In this document: piece by piece, positions 39,338 through 47,994 of the stretch
Numbering within the stretch: the first letter of the stretch is position 1
Layout of the letters: each line of letters starts with the position of its first letter
Assembly: GCA_021817245.1 (NCBI GenBank)
Contig: JAKAVQ010000002.1
Span: 14,721-78,720, forward strand
Direction of reading: 5' to 3'
DNA length: 64,000 bases
From: Thermoplasmata archaeon
GTDB lineage: Archaea; Thermoplasmatota; Thermoplasmata; Lutacidiplasmatales; UBA184
Notes under the pieces: model-generated
The model's database searches: none
What the model was told of the DNA's origin: nothing
Seen by the model: the letters and a program-made list of their open reading frames with translations, nothing else
Made by a program: the position numbers and the translations under genes

Positions 39338-40284
39338 CGCGGTCCGCCCTCCCCCCCGACGAGGCTCGTGAGCGGTTCGCCGCGCACGGCCCGCAGCACC
39401 TCGTCGACGGTGTCGACGCCCGCGCGGCGCTGGGCTTCGGCGGTCGAGGCGCCGGTGTGGGGGGTCACGATCACATTCGGTCGCGCGACGAGCGTCGGGC
39501 TCACGGGCGGTTCCACCTCCAGTACGTCGAGCGCGGCGCCCCCGAGATGGCCCGAGTCGAGGGCGGAGGCGAGGGCGGCCTCGTCGACGAGGGCGCCGCG
39601 GGCGACATTGACGAGGTAGGCGCCCCGCTTCATCCGCGCGAAGGCGTCGGCGTTGAGGAGGTGACGGTTCGACTCGGTGAGCGCCGCGTGGACGCTGACG
39701 ATGTCCGAGCGGGCGAGCACCTCCTCGAACGGAAGGAGCTCGGTCGCGTCCCCGGCCTCCGTCACGAACGGGTCGTAGGCGACCGTCCGCGCGCCGAACG
39801 GCGCGAGGCGACGGGCGATCTCGCGCGCGATCCGGCCGTATCCGACGAACCCGACGGTCCGGCCCGAGAGCTCGCCGCCGTGGGTCCCGCGGTCCCAGCG
39901 ACCGGCCTTGGTCGCCGCGATCTGGGGATAGAGGCCCCGCACGAGGAGCAGGTAGAGGGCGACCGCGAGCTCCGCGACGCTCGCGGTCGCGGCGGCGGGA
40001 GCGTTGACGACTCGGACCCCCCGGGCGCGGGCGGCGGGGAGGTCGATGTTGTCGACGCCGACCCCGGCGCGGGCGACGAGCGAGAGCTTCGGGGCCTTCG
40101 CGAGGAGCGCCGACGTCACCCGGGTCCGGCTTCGGACGACCAGCGCCCAGGCGTCGGCGAGGGCCGCGTCGAGCGACCGGGGGTCGGCGCTCGCGTCCAC
40201 GACCCGGCACGGCCCCGCGCGCAGGCGGTCGAGCGCGGCGGCGTCGATCGGGTCGGCGACGACCACGCACGGTAGCTCGGCCAT
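39334..40284 (-). CDS. D-isomer-specific 2-hydroxyacid dehydrogenase (phosphoglycerate dehydrogenase/hydroxypyruvate reductase-like)
   Basis: GFVGYGRIAREIARRL NAD site, …VNVARGALVDE…, …IVTPHTGASTAEAQ… ATGA overlap with downstream aminotransferase. Confidence 0.85.
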   Translation of the reverse strand: MAELPCVVVADPIDAAALDRLRAGPCRVVDASADPRSLDAALADAWALVVRSRTRVTSALLAKAPKLSLVARAGVGVDNIDLPAARARGVRVVNAPAAATASVAELAVALYLLLVRGLYPQIAATKAGRWDRGTHGGELSGRTVGFVGYGRIAREIARRLAPFGARTVAYDPFVTEAGDATELLPFEEVLARSDIVSVHAALTESNRHLLNADAFARMKRGAYLVNVARGALVDEAALASALDSGHLGGAALDVLEVEPPVSPTLVARPNVIVTPHTGASTAEAQRRAGVDTVDEVLRAVRGEPLTSLVGGEGGPR

Positions 40285-40332
40285 CGCGCGGCGGACGTAC
40301 GGGGCGGGGAAAACCCTTGCCGTGCGCCGGGG

Positions 40333-41283
40333 CTACCTCGCCTTCGGGACCGGCACGCGGTCGAGCGCCCCGCGCACGATCGCCTCGGACCGGATCCCGC
40401 GGATCCACGGCTCGGGCTTGACGATCACGCGGTGCGCGAGCGCCGGGACCGCGAGCGCCTTCACGTCGTCGGGGAGGACGAAGTCCCGGCCCTGGACGAG
40501 GGCGCGGGCCCGGGAGAGCTTCTGGAGCGCGAGCGAGCCGCGGGGGGAGGCGCCGACCTCGCTGCGCGGGTCGTCGCGGGTCGCGCGGACGAGGTCGATG
40601 AGGTATCCGGCGACCGACGGTTCGAGCTCGACGTCCTCGACCGCGCGCTGGAGCGCGAGGAACGACGGGGCGTCCGTGACGGCCTCGACCTCGACGGCCT
40701 CGACCTTGCGCGCGCGGCGGCGCTCGAGGATGCCCCGCTCCTCCTCGGGGGTCGGGTACCCGATCTTGAGCCGCATCAGGAACCGGTCGACCTGGGCCTC
40801 GGGGAGCGGGTAGGTCCCTTCGAGCTCGAGCGGGTTCTCCGTCGCGAGGACGAGGAACGGCCGCGGCAACGGGTACGTCGACCGCTCGCTCGTCACCTGG
40901 TACTCCTGCATCGCCTCGAGGAGCGCCGATTGGACCTTGGGCGGCGCCCGGTTGATCTCGTCGGCGAGGAGGACGTTCGTGAAGAGCGGGCCCGGCCGGA
41001 AGACGAACCCGGTCTTCCCGGCGTCCAGCATCTCGGCGCCGGTGATGTCGTGGGGGAGCAGGTCGGCGGTGAACTGGATCCGCTGGAACTCGAGCTTCAG
41101 CGACCGGGCGAACGACTTCGCCATCAGCGTCTTCCCGAGCCCGGGGAGGTCCTCGATCAGGAGATGGCCGTCGGCGATCAGGCCGACGAGCACCTGGTCG
41201 ACCGCCTCGTCCCGCCCGACGATCGCGGTCTGGACCGCGCGGCGGATCCTCTCGGCGAGGGCCCGGGCCTCCTCGGGATTCAT
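40333..41283 (-). CDS. MoxR-family AAA+ ATPase
   Basis: …LIEDLPGLGKTLMAKSFARSL (Walker A)…VLLADEINRAPPKVQSALLEAMQE… Own TATA-like ctatattat about 35 nt upstream. Confidence 0.9.
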   Translation of the reverse strand: MNPEEARALAERIRRAVQTAIVGRDEAVDQVLVGLIADGHLLIEDLPGLGKTLMAKSFARSLKLEFQRIQFTADLLPHDITGAEMLDAGKTGFVFRPGPLFTNVLLADEINRAPPKVQSALLEAMQEYQVTSERSTYPLPRPFLVLATENPLELEGTYPLPEAQVDRFLMRLKIGYPTPEEERGILERRRARKVEAVEVEAVTDAPSFLALQRAVEDVELEPSVAGYLIDLVRATRDDPRSEVGASPRGSLALQKLSRARALVQGRDFVLPDDVKALAVPALAHRVIVKPEPWIRGIRSEAIVRGALDRVPVPKAR

Positions 41284-41559
41284 CTTCGGTCTCCGGCGGC
41301 GGGAGTCTCGCTCGCTATATTATCGTGGACGGCGGCCGCCGACCGGTCGCCCCGCCCCCGTGTTCCCCCACCGTAACGACCCGCGTCATCGCAGGCGCTC
41401 GCCCTCTCGGAGGTCTGACCCCGGCCGGGGGTGTCGGACACCGGGGTTGTCCTCACGTCATCCTCGGCGGACGACCCGTCCGCATTGAGTCGAGAGGGAC
41501 CCTTCGTCGGTACCCGGGCACGACCTGGGGTCGTACCGAAGCCGACAGAGTGCGCGTCA

Positions 41560-42087
41560 CTATGAGGTTAGCGCCTCCTCGCGGTCGAACAGGCGGGGCC
41601 GGGCGACCAGGAACGCGACCGCGCCGATCGCGAACGCGAGGAGCCCCGCGGCGACGCCGACCGTTGCCGAGCCGGGCGGTAGCAGGAGCGCGCTCACCCA
41701 CGACATCGCGACCGCCAGCGCGGGCAGAAGGAGGCCGGCGCCGGCCCGGCGGACCCCGCGGGCCGGTCGGTGCGGGTCGTCCGCCAGCCACAGCAGGAAG
41801 ACGAGCCCGGCCGCCCCGGCCGCGAGCGCCGGAACGAGGCCGAGGGGCGAGACGACGGCCGCGAGGCCGAGCCCGCCGAGGACCGGCACCGGGGCGAACG
41901 GGCGGGTCCGCGCCCCTCCGAACCTCCGGAGGAGGATCCCGAGGCCGGCGGCGACGAGCGTTCCCGCGAGGAGAAGCGCACGGTCCCCGCCGGCGACCCC
42001 CGCGAAGAGCCCCGCCGCGACCAGGAGCAGCGCGTCCGACATCGCCCCCGCGAGTCGCCCCCCGCGGCCGGGAGCGGGCGGGATCAT
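41560..42087 (-). CDS. hypothetical integral membrane protein
   Basis: 4-5 hydrophobic helices (…LLLVAAGLFAGVAGG…LGLAAVVSPLGLVPALAAG…). Start overlaps DUF58 stop (ATGA-type). Confidence 0.45.
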   Translation of the reverse strand: MIPPAPGRGGRLAGAMSDALLLVAAGLFAGVAGGDRALLLAGTLVAAGLGILLRRFGGARTRPFAPVPVLGGLGLAAVVSPLGLVPALAAGAAGLVFLLWLADDPHRPARGVRRAGAGLLLPALAVAMSWVSALLLPPGSATVGVAAGLLAFAIGAVAFLVARPRLFDREEALTS

Positions 42088-43379
42088 CCGGCCCTCCGGG
42101 TGAGCGGGCGGTGCAAGAAGCTCACGAACCCGGCGAGCGACCAGTAATCCTCCCAGTCGATGGTCGGGGCGTACCGCCAGGACTCGGCGAGCCGTTGCCG
42201 CCGCAACAGGCGCGCGAGCCGGGCGACGATCGCCTCCTCCTCGTCGGAGAGCGTTCGCTCGGCCGCGACGATCGGGATCGGCGACGGGCTCAGGACGACC
42301 ACGGGGTACCCGCGCCGGCGCAGGAACGGAACGAGGTCGGCCGTCGAGGCCTCGGCGAGCGGAGAGAGGAGGAGCGTCGTCACGCCCGGTCGGAAGTACC
42401 GGGCCGCGGCGATCGCCCCGCGCTCCGACGGCGCCCGGACGTCCGCGAGGCGGGCCCCGAGCAGGCCCTCGCGCACCCGCTGGGCGTGCGCCCTCCCCAT
42501 TCCCAGCGGAACGACGTCGAGGAACTCGCCGAACACGGCGAGCCCGACCCGCGCCTTCTCGCGCAGGAACGACGAGGCGATCCCGGCCGCCGCCGCCCGC
42601 GAGATCCCGAGGAGCCGCTCGTCGAGGGCGGGCCCGAGGGAGGAGGGGCGCGCATCGAGGTAGAGGAGGACGTCACCGGTTCGGTCCGGCTCGTACTCGT
42701 TCGCGAGGTAGTCGCCCGCGCGGGCGCTCGCCCGCCAGTTGATCCGTCGCGGCGGGTCGCTCGGGACGGCGGAACGTATCCCGTGGAACTCGCCGGCGGA
42801 GCCGAGCCGCGGGGAACGGCTCTCGCCCGGGAGCAGCATCGTCCGCCGCAACGGGACCGACCCGATGCGGGCGACCTCGGGCGGGTACCGCTCGACGATC
42901 GTCGGGGACGCCTCGACCTCCACGGCCCGTTCGACGAGGCCCATCGGGTCCCGCCATCGGGCGCGGACAGGGGGGACGACGACGATCGCCGGCTCGCGGA
43001 TCTTCCAGGTCCGCTCGAACGTGACGGTGGCCCCGGAGCGACCCTCGCGCGGAGGCCGGGACTCGGCGAGCCCGGGCGGTCGGTCGCACTCGATGACCAG
43101 GTCGCCCGCACGGCCGTCGGACCGAAGGGTCACCGATCCCCGGAACAGCACGTCCGCACCGTGGCCCTCGGCTCGGGTGTCGACCCGGGCCGACGGGGGG
43201 CTCCTCGGCCCGGCGAAGGCGGCCGCCGGCGCCGCGAGCAGGAGCGGGAGCGCGAGGAAGAGCGGTGCCGGGTTGCGCGCGGCCACCCCGAGGAGGAGGA
43301 GCGCCGCTCCGGACGCCGCGAGCAGGAAGGCGCGAGGCTGCCACTCGAGCGGACTCGCGCCGCTCGCGGCCTCGCTCAC
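42084..43379 (-). CDS. DUF58 domain (vWA-like) protein
   Basis: …GEFHGIRSAVPSDPPRRINWRASARAGDYLANEYEPDRTGDVLLYLDA… DUF58 core. N-terminal TM. GTG start overlapping upstream stop (GTGA). Confidence 0.8.
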   Translation of the reverse strand: MSEAASGASPLEWQPRAFLLAASGAALLLLGVAARNPAPLFLALPLLLAAPAAAFAGPRSPPSARVDTRAEGHGADVLFRGSVTLRSDGRAGDLVIECDRPPGLAESRPPREGRSGATVTFERTWKIREPAIVVVPPVRARWRDPMGLVERAVEVEASPTIVERYPPEVARIGSVPLRRTMLLPGESRSPRLGSAGEFHGIRSAVPSDPPRRINWRASARAGDYLANEYEPDRTGDVLLYLDARPSSLGPALDERLLGISRAAAAGIASSFLREKARVGLAVFGEFLDVVPLGMGRAHAQRVREGLLGARLADVRAPSERGAIAAARYFRPGVTTLLLSPLAEASTADLVPFLRRRGYPVVVLSPSPIPIVAAERTLSDEEEAIVARLARLLRRQRLAESWRYAPTIDWEDYWSLAGFVSFLHRPLTRRAG

Positions 43380-43783
43380 GAGCGGGCCTCGAGTTCGTCG
43401 ATCCGCCCGCGCACGTACTCGCGGAACTCGGCTCCGGAGAGCCGGACGAGCCGGGCCTGCTCCTCCGGGCGTCGTCCCGCAAAGGCGGGGTTCGGTCCGG
43501 TCCGTTCGTAATTGTCGAGCAGCGAGACGATCAGCTCCCGACCGACGCGCCCCGTGCGGAACGCGGTCCGGAGACGGTCCACCTCGCCGGAGGAGCGCGG
43601 GGCGCCGGGCGGCCGCGCCCGTCGCGCTACGGACGGCGCGCTCTCGACGAAGAGGAACGCCGCGGCCGCGACCGCGGCGGTCGCCGCCGGGACCGCGAGC
43701 GCGAAGTTCGTGCCGGCCCACACCGCGACCCCGGTGGCGACGACCGCTACGGCCCCCGCGATCGTCGCGAGCGGACGGTTCAC
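43376..43783 (-). CDS. small hypothetical membrane-anchored protein
   Basis: GTG start overlapping DUF4129 stop (GTGA). N-terminal TM (…IAGAVAVVATGVAVWAGTNFALAVPAATAAVAAAAFLF…) plus helical cytoplasmic tail. Upstream of ORF 43376..45139 is RS-rich junk. Confidence 0.4.
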   Translation of the reverse strand: MNRPLATIAGAVAVVATGVAVWAGTNFALAVPAATAAVAAAAFLFVESAPSVARRARPPGAPRSSGEVDRLRTAFRTGRVGRELIVSLLDNYERTGPNPAFAGRRPEEQARLVRLSGAEFREYVRGRIDELEARS

Positions 43784-44730
43784 GCGACCTCCGGCGCCCG
43801 CTCGAGGTCGGCCGTCGCCCGCCGCATCGCCCCCGCCGCGCGGTCCGCCGACTCCGGTCCGATAGGATGCGTGGAGTAGCGGGCCTCCTCGAACAGCCGG
43901 GTCAGCTCCGTGGCGACCTCGGGGCGGATCCCGAGCCGAACGAGGTGCTGGACGCGGATCTCCTCCGGAGTGGACGGGTCGATCTGCACGACGTAGCGGC
44001 CGAGCCGCTCGAGGAGGTCGGCGTACAGCCGCTCGATCACGTCGCGCGGGTCGAGGCCCCGGTCGAGGTCGCGGGACGCGCGGGCGAACACGCCCCGCAC
44101 CTCTGCGGCGGTCGGGCCCGAGCCGGGTCGCTGGGAACCGGCGCCCCGCAGGCGACGCGCGGTGGACCATTGGGCCAGGAAGGGCATCACGACCGCCGCG
44201 ACGAGCAGGGTCACGACCGCGAGAGCGACGAACTCGAGCCAGGCGGGGACGTGCCAAGAGAGGAGCACCAGCTCGCCGCCACCGAACGTCGTGTTGTTGG
44301 AGCCGCCGGTCGCGGTGCTGTTGTTGCCCGAGGGCGGTGGGACGGAGCCCGGCGTGCCCCCTCCGCACCAAGGACATCCGCCCGGGTGGAAGAACTGGGC
44401 CGCGGCGACGAACGCGACCCCGAGCAGGATCACCACGAGGAAGGTGATGACCGCCCGGCTCGAGAGCGTCGCGGCGCCCCCCGTTAGCCGGCGGTAGACC
44501 AGGACGACCGCGACGAGCGCGAACAGGCCGAGCAGGGCGTCGGCGATCCAGGTCGCCGGGACGACCAGCTCGCTCGCGGGCTGGGCGGGCGCCCCCGGAG
44601 CCGTCGCCGCGCCGAGCAGCAGGCTCGCCGCCGCCCCGGTCGCGAGGGCGACCGCGAGCACGACGAGGAGGACGAGCGACGGTCGGCCGGTGCGAACGGG
44701 AGCGCGCCCGCCGGCGACGGATTCGCTCAT
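43780..44730 (-). CDS. DUF4129 domain membrane protein
   Basis: …TPEEIRVQHLVRLGIRPEVATELTRLFEEARYSTHP… DUF4129 C-terminal signature. 4 TM helices. CPWCGGG and Asn/Thr/Gly-rich extracytoplasmic segment. Confidence 0.7.
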   Translation of the reverse strand: MSESVAGGRAPVRTGRPSLVLLVVLAVALATGAAASLLLGAATAPGAPAQPASELVVPATWIADALLGLFALVAVVLVYRRLTGGAATLSSRAVITFLVVILLGVAFVAAAQFFHPGGCPWCGGGTPGSVPPPSGNNSTATGGSNNTTFGGGELVLLSWHVPAWLEFVALAVVTLLVAAVVMPFLAQWSTARRLRGAGSQRPGSGPTAAEVRGVFARASRDLDRGLDPRDVIERLYADLLERLGRYVVQIDPSTPEEIRVQHLVRLGIRPEVATELTRLFEEARYSTHPIGPESADRAAGAMRRATADLERAPEVA

Positions 44731-45623
44731 GGACCGGCCGACGCGGGCGGGGAGGGCTTCGGAGCGGGGGAAAGGAAGTAGAAGCTCCGTCGCTCGTGCG
44801 CCGCGGAGAGGACCGCGAAGTCGTCGACGGCGTACCCGAGGTCGAAGGCGGCCCGGAAGGCGTCGCGCACGGCGTGGCGCCAGCGACGCACGCCCGCCTC
44901 CTCGTGCTCGCGGACCGACGCGAGGTCGAACGGGATCTCGAGGTGGGCGCTCGGGCCGGTCGGCTCCTGGACCACGGTCGGGACCCGCAGTCCGCTCTCC
45001 CCGGCGTCGGTCTCGACGATCGGCGTCGATCCCGCCCACCGGCGCTGGACGTCCTCGGACGACGGCAATCGTCCGGCCATCCGCTCCTCGACCCGGACGT
45101 CGGCGAGCGGCCAGACCCAGCGGAGGCGGTCCGTCTCAAGGCCCCGGTCGACCGGATCGTCGAGCTGGCCGAAGTAGTGGGAGAAGTAACGGTCCGGCCG
45201 GGCGCCCAGGCGCCGGACGATCAGACCGGCGCTCCGACCCTCCAGGGGGTCGAACGTCCCGCGGATCTCGGATAGCCCCAGCTTCAGGACCTCGTCCCGC
45301 TGGAACGCTTTCAGCCGGAAGCCGAGGCCGTGGTTCTGGTACTCCGGGCGTACCACCGTGAGGTGGGAGTAGTGGTAGAGGGTCGACCCGTCCCACCCGA
45401 GGAGCGAGATCGTCGCTCCCGCGAGATAGATGTCGGCGAAGGCTCCGAGGACGATCCCGCCGTTGTCCTGGAGGGCGCGCTGGAGCGCGGTCGGGACCCC
45501 GACCTCCGACTCGGGCCCCCAGACCGCCGTCCGGAGTTCCTCGACCTGCCGGAACTCCTCGGGCTTCTGGAGACGGCGGAACCGGAACCCTTCGGTCCGC
45601 GGGGACCCCGCGCCGACCGCCAC
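44727..45623 (-). CDS. GNAT-like acyl-CoA N-acyltransferase fold protein (putative), first gene of the MoxR operon
   Basis: …LTVVRPEYQNHGLGFRLKAFQRDEV… resembles the GNAT motif A (Q/R-x-x-G-x-G/A). ~130-aa C-terminal extension of unknown fold. ATGA overlap with DUF4129 gene. Confidence 0.45.
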   Translation of the reverse strand: MAVGAGSPRTEGFRFRRLQKPEEFRQVEELRTAVWGPESEVGVPTALQRALQDNGGIVLGAFADIYLAGATISLLGWDGSTLYHYSHLTVVRPEYQNHGLGFRLKAFQRDEVLKLGLSEIRGTFDPLEGRSAGLIVRRLGARPDRYFSHYFGQLDDPVDRGLETDRLRWVWPLADVRVEERMAGRLPSSEDVQRRWAGSTPIVETDAGESGLRVPTVVQEPTGPSAHLEIPFDLASVREHEEAGVRRWRHAVRDAFRAAFDLGYAVDDFAVLSAAHERRSFYFLSPAPKPSPPASAGP

Positions 45624-45674
45624 GCACCGTGGACGGGTCCGCCTTACTTAACCCGCTCGCGCCGAACGCTCGGG

Positions 45675-46100
45675 CTAGCGGCGGAGGCGCAGCTCGACCC
45701 GCTTCGACTCGTAGCGGACCTCGTCGGCCGGCGTGAGGTCCCACAGGAGGTTCTCGAGCTCGGGGATGTTCCGAAGGAACTCCGCCTTGCTCTTCGTGAG
45801 CATGAGGTGCTCGAACTTCCGCCGGGCGTTGTAGTAGGCGCCGACAAGGTACCCGCCGACGATGACCACGATCGGGCCGAGGATCACGAACAGGAGGTTG
45901 TAGTTCGCCCCGGGCTGGTCGGTCGCCGAGTTGATCGCCGGGAACGGGCCGGCTCCCGATAGGGGCGTGAAGAAACCGACCGCGAGGACCGTCAGCAGGA
46001 CCCCGACCGCGAGCACGAAGATGGAGACCGCGGCGCGGTACGCCCGCAGGCCGTACCGGAGTCGGCGACCGACCGGGACCGACGCCTCCTCCGACGGCAT
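45675..46100 (-). CDS. small hypothetical membrane protein
   Basis: Two TM helices (…AVSIFVLAVGVLLTVLAVGFF…, …LLFVILGPIVVIVGGYLVGAYY…) then charged helix. Balanced codon usage. Confidence 0.5.
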   Translation of the reverse strand: MPSEEASVPVGRRLRYGLRAYRAAVSIFVLAVGVLLTVLAVGFFTPLSGAGPFPAINSATDQPGANYNLLFVILGPIVVIVGGYLVGAYYNARRKFEHLMLTKSKAEFLRNIPELENLLWDLTPADEVRYESKRVELRLRR

Positions 46101-46214
46101 GCGGCCGGCGGGAGGCTGCCCGACTTAAGAACCTTCGGGGACGTCGGCACGCCACGGTCCGGGCGCAGCACGCTCGCGGGCGCCGCTCCCGGGGCCACAC
46201 GGACGGCCGTCGGC

Positions 46215-47012
46215 TCACCCCGACCGACGTCGGCCGCCGGTGGGGCCGGTCGAGGACCGGTCGGTTCGTCCGAACGGCGAAGGGGCCTCGCCGGCGGGCG
46301 GCTTCGGTCCGGCCGAGGGCGGAGGGACCTCCTCGAGGAGCGGCCGAAGGCGCCGATAGACGAGGACGGCCCCCAGGAAGGCGACCGCGGTCCCGGCGAA
46401 CGCCGCGACCTCGCCGGCGACCGACCCGAGACCGAGCAAGAAGAACCCGACCGCTCCGACGAGCGCGCCCGACAGCGGCCCCCCGGAGCGACGGGTCGTC
46501 CCCGGCCCCGGGCGCAACGACAGCATCGCCCCGGCGACCTCGAGGGCCACGATCGTCACCGACTCGAACAGGGCGAGCGCGAGCGTGTCGGCCGAGATCG
46601 GGCCGACGCCCAGGTACTGGGCGAGGACCGCGAGAGTGACGATCCCTCCGATCGCAGCGCGGAACCCGACGGCGTAGAAGGGGACGCTCCGGTCGCTCCC
46701 CCAGTACCGGGTCCGCGAGAGGATCGCCTGGGCCGCCTCGGTCCCCCCGATCAGCAGGGCGAGGAAGGCGAGCGCGCCGAGCAGGGCGCCGTTGGCCATC
46801 GAGATCACGAAGAGCAGGTAGGCGATCGCGAGCGGCACGCCGACAAAGAGGCCGGCGGTGTAGGCGAACAGCTCCTTGCGCTCGTCGAACCTTGTGACGG
46901 GCACCTGGGGGGTCGCGAACCGACCGACCTCCCACCAGACGAACCCTCCCGAAAGGAGGATACCGACCGCCGCGGCGAGCGTCAGGGTCAGCGTCGGGGC
47001 GGCCACGGTCAC
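46215..47012 (-). CDS. hypothetical polytopic membrane protein
   Basis: GTG start (VTVAAPTLTL…) overlapping trmI stop (GTGA). ~8 TM helices. ORF-track 5' extension is Arg-rich junk. Confidence 0.5.
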   Translation of the reverse strand: MTVAAPTLTLTLAAAVGILLSGGFVWWEVGRFATPQVPVTRFDERKELFAYTAGLFVGVPLAIAYLLFVISMANGALLGALAFLALLIGGTEAAQAILSRTRYWGSDRSVPFYAVGFRAAIGGIVTLAVLAQYLGVGPISADTLALALFESVTIVALEVAGAMLSLRPGPGTTRRSGGPLSGALVGAVGFFLLGLGSVAGEVAAFAGTAVAFLGAVLVYRRLRPLLEEVPPPSAGPKPPAGEAPSPFGRTDRSSTGPTGGRRRSG

Positions 47013-47779
47013 TCGACCTTGCGCCCGGCCGCGAGGAACCCGGTATGGCCGAGCATCTCGAACTCGGGCCGCGTCCCCCCCTCGCCGACGTGGAGCCCGC
47101 GCTCGAGGACCTCGACCGCGCGTACGTCGTCGAACCCGAGGCTGCGGAAGGCCCGGACCGTCCGTTCGAGCTGGTTGTACGTGGGCGTGTAGGTCCCCGC
47201 GTAGCCTCCCGGTCGCAACGCCGCCCGGGCCGAGGCGAGCACCTCCCACGGCTCGGCCAGGTCGAGCACGACGCTCGAGAGCTCCTCCACGTCCAGCCCC
47301 TCGCGGACCACGTCACGCTCCCGGAAGGTCACCCGTTCGGAGAGCCCGGCGCGTTCGACGTTCGCCCGGGCCCCCTCGAGGAACTCCGGCCGTCGGTCGT
47401 AGGAGGTCACGTGTCCGGAGGGGCCCACGGCGTAGGCGAGGGTGATCGTAAGCGCGCCGCTGCCGGCGCCCGCTTCGGCCACGGTCGCGCCGGGCCCCAC
47501 GCCCGCGATCGCGAGGAGGTGGACGGCGTCCTTCGCCGTGACGATCTGGGCTCCGCGGCGGACCGACCCGAGGAGGTCGGCGAGAGAGGGCCGGATCAGC
47601 CGGTACGTCTGCCCGGACCAGGCGATCGGCCGGCCGGGCCGCTGGCCGATCTCGCTCGACAGATCGACCACGCCGTCCTCTCCGACACGCCGGGGCCCCC
47701 GCAGGAGCCGGACCAGGAGCGGTCGCGACCCCCGGCGGGTGAGGACCGCGACCTCCCCTTCCTCCCAGGCGTCCGTGGT
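47009..47779 (-). CDS. trmI: tRNA (adenine57/58-N1)-methyltransferase TrmI (Gcd14 family); start codon unresolved
   Basis: …AQIVTAKDAVHLLAIAGVGPGATVAEAGAGSGALT (SAM site)…DLAEPW… TrmI N-terminal beta-domain (…DAWEEGEVAVLTRRGSRPLLVRLLRGPRRVGEDGVVDL…) is encoded in-frame upstream of the first GTG (47671), with no ATG/GTG/TTG available. 5' coordinate is approximate. Confidence 0.7.
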   Translation of the reverse strand, partial: TTDAWEEGEVAVLTRRGSRPLLVRLLRGPRRVGEDGVVDLSSEIGQRPGRPIAWSGQTYRLIRPSLADLLGSVRRGAQIVTAKDAVHLLAIAGVGPGATVAEAGAGSGALTITLAYAVGPSGHVTSYDRRPEFLEGARANVERAGLSERVTFRERDVVREGLDVEELSSVVLDLAEPWEVLASARAALRPGGYAGTYTPTYNQLERTVRAFRSLGFDDVRAVEVLERGLHVGEGGTRPEFEMLGHTGFLAAGRKVE

Positions 47780-47994
47780 CGGCCCCTCCCCCCGGCCGAT
47801 ACGGCCGCGGAACGGTAATAAGTACGATAACCGCCCCGCGCGGGCTCCGCGACCCTCCGAGGACCGGCCCGGTCGCGCCGCCCCCGTGTCGAACGCCCGA
47901 GGACGGCCGCACCGCGGCGAACACCGGCTTTCCCGTATCCGCGGACGGTGGGGAGCGAAGGATTAAGCGGAATCACCCTGTGCCAGGGCTCGTA

